64,000 nt of DNA, taken from positions 160,001 through 224,000 of IMG/VR virus record IMGVR_UViG_3300037067_008064, one strand, 5' to 3'. The stretch is from a virus. Its lineage: Duplodnaviria > Heunggongvirae > Uroviricota > Caudoviricetes. Below are positions 59,401 through 64,000 of this stretch, one piece after another; position 1 is the first letter of the stretch, and each line of letters starts with the position of its first letter. A program made the translations under genes and the position numbers. The notes beneath the pieces were generated by a model. That model made no database searches. It was given only the letters and a program-made list of their open reading frames with translations, and was not told where the DNA came from.

Positions 59401-62400
59401 TTGTAAAAGTATTATAATCTAAATAAATTAAACCTGGCCCCGAAGAACTATCTGAAGCTTCCCAATATGAACCAGCGGCACCAGATACTCCATATCCAGC
59501 AGTACCACTTGTACCTGTGATATCACTTAATGTTTCTTTATTTAAAACTTCAAATGAATCTTCTTCAGTATGATAAATTAATTGTACTGAACCACCATTA
59601 ACGTCAACTATAAAGTTTTGTATAGCACCTTGAATCTTATGCCCATTAGATAAAATATTAATATTATTTATAGAAGAATTTCTATTAATATCAATAACTT
59701 CAATAATATGTCCATTGCTAGGATTTAAAGGTAATAATATATTAAGAGAATTTGATGATACATCAGTTAAAATAAGTTCATTAACATTAGCATTATAACT
59801 AACATCTGTTTCAATTACTGTTAATCCACTACCACTTCCTCCTCCTGAAGTACCACTACTACCTGTATTTCCGGCTGTTCCCGATGTTCCTGCAGATGCA
59901 CTAGTTCCTGAAGTTCCACTGCTTCCTTTTGTTCCTGAAGTTCCACCCGTTGAAGAAGTTCCTGAAGTTCCTGCAGATGCACTAGTTCCTGAGGTTCCAC
60001 CTGTAGACGAAGTTCCTGAAGTTCCACTGCTTCCTTTTGTTCCTGAAGTTCCACCTGTTGAACTGGTTCCTGATGTTCCTGCACTTGCACTAGTTCCTGA
60101 AGTTCCACCTGTAGATGAAGTTCCTGATGAACCTACACCACCCGCTGTTCCTGATGTTCCTGCACTTGCACTGGTTCCTGAAGTTCCACCTGTTGAAGAA
60201 GTTCCTGAGGTTCCTGCACTTGCTGAAGTTCCTGATGTTCCACCGGTGGATGAAGTTCCTGAAGTTCCACCCGTTGAAGAAGTTCCTGATGAACCTACAC
60301 CACCTGCTGTTCCTGAAGTTCCACCTGTTGAAGAAGTTCCTGAGGTTCCTGCAGATGCACTAGTTCCTGATGTTCCACTGCTTCCTTTTGTTCCTGATGT
60401 TCCACCTGTAGATGAAGTTCCTGAAGTTCCTGCACTTGCACTAGTTCCTGATGTTCCACCCGTTGAACTTGTTCCTGAAGTTCCTGCACTTGCACTGGTT
60501 CCTGAAGTTCCACCTGTAGATGAAGTTCCTGAAGTTCCCGCAGATGCACTAGTTCCTGAAGTTCCTGCACTTGCACTGGTTCCTGAAGTTCCACCTGTAG
60601 ATGAAGTTCCTGATGTTCCACTATTATATTTAGAAAAAACACCAATTTCACCTACCACAAAAATGCCGGCACCATCAATATTAATTAAATTTATTGAAAC
60701 ATCTGTTCCATTATTTATAACACCACTAATAATATAAATTCCAAAAGTACCAGGGTCAGAATAACTTTCAAAATATAAAGTAGAACCTATTTGAAAAGAT
60801 AAAAGCCAAGCACTTAAATCAGTTCCATCATAATCTATATTAGCAAAATCAAAAGTTGTAATTAAAGTTGGATCGGTTGTAGCACCAGGTGTAACTACTA
60901 CTGTTCCATTTACAATGCCAACTCCTCTTTGCCATCTTCTTCCAAAAGAAATTCCATTTATACCACTAGTTCCTGAAGTTCCACCTGTTGAACTTGTTCC
61001 TGAGGTTCCTGCACTTGCTGAAGTTCCTGAAGTTCCTGCAGATGCACTAGTTCCTGAAGTTCCACTGCTTCCTTTTGTTCCTGAAGTTCCACCCGTTGAA
61101 CTGGTTCCTGAGGTTCCTGCACTTGCACTGGTTCCTGAAGTTCCCGCACTTGCTGAAGTTCCTGAAGTTCCCGCAGATGCACTAGTTCCTGAAGTTCCTG
61201 CACTTGCACTGGTTCCTGAAGTTCCCGCACTTGCTGAAGTTCCTGAAGTTCCCGCAGATGCACTAGTTCCTGAAGTTCCACTGCTTCCTTTTGTTCCTGA
61301 AGTTCCACCTGTTGAACTGGTTCCTGATGTTCCACCTGTAGATGAAGTTCCTGAAGTTCCTGCACTTGCACTAGTTCCTGAGGTTCCACCTGTAGATGAA
61401 GTTCCTGATGAACCTACACCACCCGCAGTTCCTGAAGTTCCCGCACTTGCACTAGTTCCTGAAGTTCCACCTGTTGAACTGGTTCCTGAGGTTCCACCTG
61501 TTGAACTGGTTCCTGAAGTTCCTGCACTTGCTGAAGTTCCTGATGTTCCTGCACTTGCTGATGTTCCTGATGTTCCACCTGTTGAACTGGTTCCTGAAGT
61601 TCCACCTGTTGAACTTGTTCCTGAAGTTCCTGATGTTCCACCTGTTGAACTTGTTCCTGAAGTTCCTGTACTTCCTGAAGTTCCACCTGTTGAACTTGTT
61701 CCTGAAGTTCCTGATGTTCCACCTGTTGAACTTGTTCCTGAAGTTCCTGTACTTCCTGAAGTTCCTGATGTTCCACCTGTTGAACTGGTTCCTGAAGTTC
61801 CTGTACTTCCTGAAGTTCCACCTGTTGAACTTGTTCCTGAGGTTCCTCCTGTTGAACTTGTTCCTGAGGTTCCTGCACTTGCACTAGTTCCTGAAGTTCC
61901 ACCTGTAGATGAAGTTCCTGAGGTTCCACCTGTAGATGAAGTTCCTGAAGTTCCACCTGTAGATGAAGTTCCTGAAGTTCCTGCACTTGCACTGGTTCCT
62001 GAAGTTCCTGCACTTCCTGAAGTTCCTGACGTTCCACCTGTTGAACTTGTTCCTGAAGTTCCTGCACTTGCACTGGTTCCTGAAGTTCCTGCACTTCCTG
62101 AAGTTCCTGACGTTCCACCTGTTGAACTTGTTCCTGATGTTCCACCTGTTGAACTTGTTCCTGAGGTTCCACCTGTTGAACTTGTTCCTGAGGTTCCATT
62201 CGTTCCGTTTATAGTTATTCCACTAGTTCCTGATGAACCAGTTAATGCAGAACCGACACTCACATCCCATTGTGTAGTAATATTATTAAATATAAAACCA
62301 TTACCCATAGATGCTGAACGAACAAAATATCCTAATGAACCATCAACATATACATAATCCATACCAGTTCCGCTTTGTGATAATTCCCAAAGTGTTTTAA

Positions 62401-63388
62401 TACCAGTACAAACATCATAAAAAATTAAATTATAATCACTAACATCAATATAATGACTTGTATCTGATATCTGTAATTGTTTTGCTATTCTTACTAACGA
62501 AGTATCAAATTCTCCATAAATTAATGGAGAGTAATTTTGTCCTATAAATAATTTATTATTTATATAAGTTGATATATCATTAAGAGCATTATAACCAATA
62601 ATAATATTATCATTTCCTATAGAAGCATTTCTTAAATTAAATGTTCCAATACCTATATTCCTTTGCCCATAACTTCCATCAATACCATTTCCATCTAAAG
62701 TAGTTGCTGCAAAAGAACCAATTATAACATTACCACCTGCATTTTTAATTTTATTACCAATCCAATCCCCAATTAAAACATTATAAGATGGATTAATATT
62801 AAGTGAATATCCAAAATTATCTATACCTTGTCCTGTATTAGAACCCAAAAAGAAATTTGAATGGGCAAATTGAAGATATTGACCAGCATTAAAACCAATA
62901 ACATTATTAAATCTGTTATAAATATTTACTGATAAATCTTCTAATACAAATGGTCCTAACCCAATATTACCTAAAACATCAGAACTTTTATCAACAAAAA
63001 AATTACCTAAAGTATTTTCACCTATTGCTATAGATTGAGAATGAGGGTCATATTCAATTAATTTAGCACCATGACTATAATATCCAACAGAAACATTTAA
63101 ATTTTGTATAATATTAACAAATCCAGAATTAGTGTTATATAAATCATTTCCTATTTTATTCCAATAATTTAAAACACTTCCTATACTAACTTCCCACATA
63201 CTTGAATTTGGGTTAAAATAAAACCCAACGCCAAGTGAAGCACTTGGTATATAATAAGCAAAATGTTGAATTACAGCATGTGATGTAGGAATATATTCAC
63301 TTGAATCTACTAAAATATTATCTATATCTATAACAACAAGTGATTCATTAATACCTACGCCATGATGTATTTTAAGATTATTATTCAC
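56426..63388 (-). CDS. Giant tail-fibre-like protein with Gly-Thr-Ser repeat tracts
   Basis: 2320 aa, GTG start; N-terminal NxxIG beta-roll-like repeats; four GTS tracts; duplicated module resembling T4 gp34 repeats (TDVS..LLP..NG..IEVID). Confidence 0.75.
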   Translation of the reverse strand: MNNNLKIHHGVGINESLVVIDIDNILVDSSEYIPTSHAVIQHFAYYIPSASLGVGFYFNPNSSMWEVSIGSVLNYWNKIGNDLYNTNSGFVNIIQNLNVSVGYYSHGAKLIEYDPHSQSIAIGENTLGNFFVDKSSDVLGNIGLGPFVLEDLSVNIYNRFNNVIGFNAGQYLQFAHSNFFLGSNTGQGIDNFGYSLNINPSYNVLIGDWIGNKIKNAGGNVIIGSFAATTLDGNGIDGSYGQRNIGIGTFNLRNASIGNDNIIIGYNALNDISTYINNKLFIGQNYSPLIYGEFDTSLVRIAKQLQISDTSHYIDVSDYNLIFYDVCTGIKTLWELSQSGTGMDYVYVDGSLGYFVRSASMGNGFIFNNITTQWDVSVGSALTGSSGTSGITINGTNGTSGTSSTGGTSGTSSTGGTSGTSSTGGTSGTSGSAGTSGTSASAGTSGTSSTGGTSGTSGSAGTSGTSASAGTSGTSSTGGTSGTSSTGGTSGTSSTGGTSGTSASAGTSGTSSTGGTSGTSSTGGTSGSTGTSGTSSTGGTSGTSGSTGTSGTSSTGGTSGTSGTSSTGGTSGSTGTSGTSSTGGTSGTSGTSSTGGTSGTSSTGGTSGTSASAGTSGTSASAGTSGTSSTGGTSGTSSTGGTSGTSASAGTSGTAGGVGSSGTSSTGGTSGTSASAGTSGTSSTGGTSGTSSTGGTSGTKGSSGTSGTSASAGTSGTSASAGTSGTSASAGTSGTSASAGTSGTSASAGTSGTSASAGTSGTSSTGGTSGTKGSSGTSGTSASAGTSGTSASAGTSGTSSTGGTSGTSGINGISFGRRWQRGVGIVNGTVVVTPGATTDPTLITTFDFANIDYDGTDLSAWLLSFQIGSTLYFESYSDPGTFGIYIISGVINNGTDVSINLINIDGAGIFVVGEIGVFSKYNSGTSGTSSTGGTSGTSASAGTSGTSASAGTSGTSSTGGTSGTSASAGTSGTSSTGGTSGTSASAGTSGTSSTGGTSGTKGSSGTSGTSASAGTSGTSSTGGTSGTAGGVGSSGTSSTGGTSGTSSTGGTSGTSASAGTSGTSSTGGTSGTSASAGTSGTAGGVGSSGTSSTGGTSGTSASAGTSGTSSTGGTSGTKGSSGTSGTSSTGGTSGTSASAGTSGTSSTGGTSGTKGSSGTSGTSASAGTSGTAGNTGSSGTSGGGSGSGLTVIETDVSYNANVNELILTDVSSNSLNILLPLNPSNGHIIEVIDINRNSSINNINILSNGHKIQGAIQNFIVDVNGGSVQLIYHTEEDSFEVLNKETLSDITGTSGTAGYGVSGAAGSYWEASDSSSGPGLIYLDYNTFTNIANIEISKKDFYGTNLGIWLQGTIEGGGGSQIGITKIGSNIEFGIYFESFGTLYDLGYAYGFGVLCFGGLGTWTNGDLLYFSTSLVGAQGTSGTSGVGTSGTSASAGTSGNDGSSGTSGTSGGIGSSGTSGTSASSGTSGGVGSSGTSGTSASSGTSGGVGSSGTSASSGTAGTSSTGGTSGTSGGVGSSGTSASSGTSGGVGSSGTSASSGTAGTSGTSASSGTAGTSSTGGTSGTRGSSGTAGTSGGVGSSGTAGTSSTGGTSGTSGGVGSSGTSASSGTSGTSGGVGSSGTSASSGTGGTSGTSSTGGTSGTSGGVGSSGTAGTSGTSGGVGSSGTAGTSGTSGGVGSSGTSASSGTGGTSGTRGSSGTAGTSGGVGSSGTSGGAGGGLIIIETDVSYNANSGELILTDVSSNSLNILLPTSPANGHIIEVIDINRNSSINNINILSNGHKIQGAIQNFIVDVNGGSVQLIYHTEEDSFEVLNKETLSDITGTSGTAGYGVSGASGSYWMAEDSIMASGKIILDTSTFADVTTIDINYTNVNNVNLSTWLFLTVGGLINGGCQLQITKKNSDNNFGIYYVEGLMDHSTYCSISNLSVLGGNGTWVNGDILYFSLSINGADGINGTSGTSGVGTSGTSGLASTSGTSGETGGSGSSGTAGTRGSSGTRGSSGTSGNDGADGSSGTSGTSASAGTSGNDGSSGTAGTKGSSGTTGSSGTTGVSATAGTSGTAGGTGSSGTSGTGTSGTSGIGTSGTSGSGTSGTAGDTGSSGTSGAGTSGTSGKSGGSGSSGTAGTRGSSGTRGSSGTRGSSGTRGSSGTRGSSGTSGDDGSSGTSGDDGSSGTAGTSASSGTAGTRGSSGTAGTSGVAGYVTIPHTWTIPETPVNNDILPAMVMYQPVDGSAVITGISSMNQVGGLVDFVIEQRTASSWSTIISCAGVGTDVSTKTSLNIGINSGDQLRLRITKVTTGPPDPSDFNASIYVRYKTYAI
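56795..62240 (-). repeat. Tandem coding repeats (GGAACTTCA core), four tracts
   Basis: Tracts approx. 56795-57520, 58235-59135, 59830-60620, 60960-62240; units GTSSTGGTS, GTSASAGTS, GTSGGVGSS, GTRGSS. Confidence 0.9.
57911..59716. repeat. About 207-bp direct repeat, apparently identical (57911-58117 and 59510-59716)
   Basis: Read by eye; encodes NGHIIEVID...LSDITGT twice. Confidence 0.85.
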
Positions 63389-63406
63389 GGACAGTTATTA
63401 ATTATT

Positions 63407-64000
63407 TTATATTTGCATTTTAATTAATTTAATATTCCAATTACTTACTCCACTAATAGTTGCTCTTATAACTACATTTCCTGCAGATACAACAGCACTT
63501 AATACTACATCACTTGTAGAACCAATACTACTTGTACTAGTTTCTGAATATACAATATTACCAATACCTGCAGCAGATTTATTTGCAGTTATAAAAGTAC
63601 CTGCTCTTAAATTATTTTTAGCAGTATCATTAATAACATATACATATAAACAATAATTATAATCTGCAATTGCATATGAATCTAAATCATGAGTTCCTGG
63701 TACTAAGGTACCTAGAGTATCTATTCTATACGTAGGAACTTCTTCTTCCCATTTATTTGTTGAATCATTAAATGTTAATCCAGCACCCATAGATGCATTA
63801 TTAACATAATTTTCTTGAACATAATTAAAGCTAGTTTTATTAGCATTTAAATATGAAATTGAAGTATCTCTTGCTGATAATGAACCATCAATATAAGCAC
63901 GTAAATCTAATGGAGTACCTCTATATGCTCTTATCATTCCAGTGTTTTCATCCCATACAACCGTATGTGTTGCAGTAAGTTCAGGCATTTGAGTAGCTCT
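63407..64000 (-). CDS. Putative tail-fibre-associated structural protein, probably 5'-truncated by window edge
   Basis: Frame stays open upstream of ATG 63988 to base 64000; beta-rich C-terminal domain. Confidence 0.55.
   Translation of the reverse strand, partial: RATQMPELTATHTVVWDENTGMIRAYRGTPLDLRAYIDGSLSARDTSISYLNANKTSFNYVQENYVNNASMGAGLTFNDSTNKWEEEVPTYRIDTLGTLVPGTHDLDSYAIADYNYCLYVYVINDTAKNNLRAGTFITANKSAAGIGNIVYSETSTSSIGSTSDVVLSAVVSAGNVVIRATISGVSNWNIKLIKMQI

Noticed and set aside
56795-62240. Repeat tracts as CRISPR array or DGR template/variable repeats
   Set aside because: In-frame coding repeats with no unique spacers; no cas or reverse transcriptase gene seen; the 207-bp copies show no adenine-specific differences
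56779-62357. Long alternative-frame ORFs (VPEVP..., QELQE..., LKFL...) overlapping the fibre gene
   Set aside because: Expected shadows of the stop-free GGAACTTCA repeat; no independent coding evidence
1-64000. Stop-codon recoding (TAG to Gln, as in some megaphages)
   Set aside because: Genes are long and intact under the standard code; the few TAG stops sit at plausible gene ends

Overview
Very AT-rich segment of a large, probably lytic T4-superfamily (jumbo-type) myophage genome; nearly all genes lie on the minus strand. A Bacteroidota host is inferred from the near-absence of Shine-Dalgarno sites, a Bacteroidota-style lipoprotein and a spanin-like protein. About 1-33 kb holds many acidic proteins that share N-terminal MKAKxxxE / LVxExL leaders and hydrophobic-x-Glu linkers, resembling capsid-packaged, protease-processed internal proteins; several carry enzyme domains (Tpt1/ART-like, GNAT, ligase-like plus HUP nucleotidyltransferase, ParB-like, Lar). 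Interspersed are a replication/recombination block (gp32, primase, UvsY-like, UvsW), a RuvC-like resolvase, an amidase endolysin, a GH16 hydrolase and four GIY-YIG homing endonucleases. About 27-44 kb holds tail/baseplate-type structural genes. 44-55 kb is an 8-gene glycan-building operon (TibC/Aah-type protein O-heptosyltransferase, carbamoyltransferase, methyltransferases, multi-domain glycosyltransferases), lying one gene downstream of a 2320-aa fibre protein with very long Gly-Thr-Ser repeat tracts. Best candidate novel system: phage-encoded O-glycosylation of virion proteins, with an apparent D-x-S motif enrichment in the structural proteins. Also seen: a recurring T4-type late promoter, hairpins that bury start regions (endolysin, endonuclease), a candidate ncRNA and a candidate -1 frameshift. 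All family assignments come from motif recognition by eye; no database searches were run.
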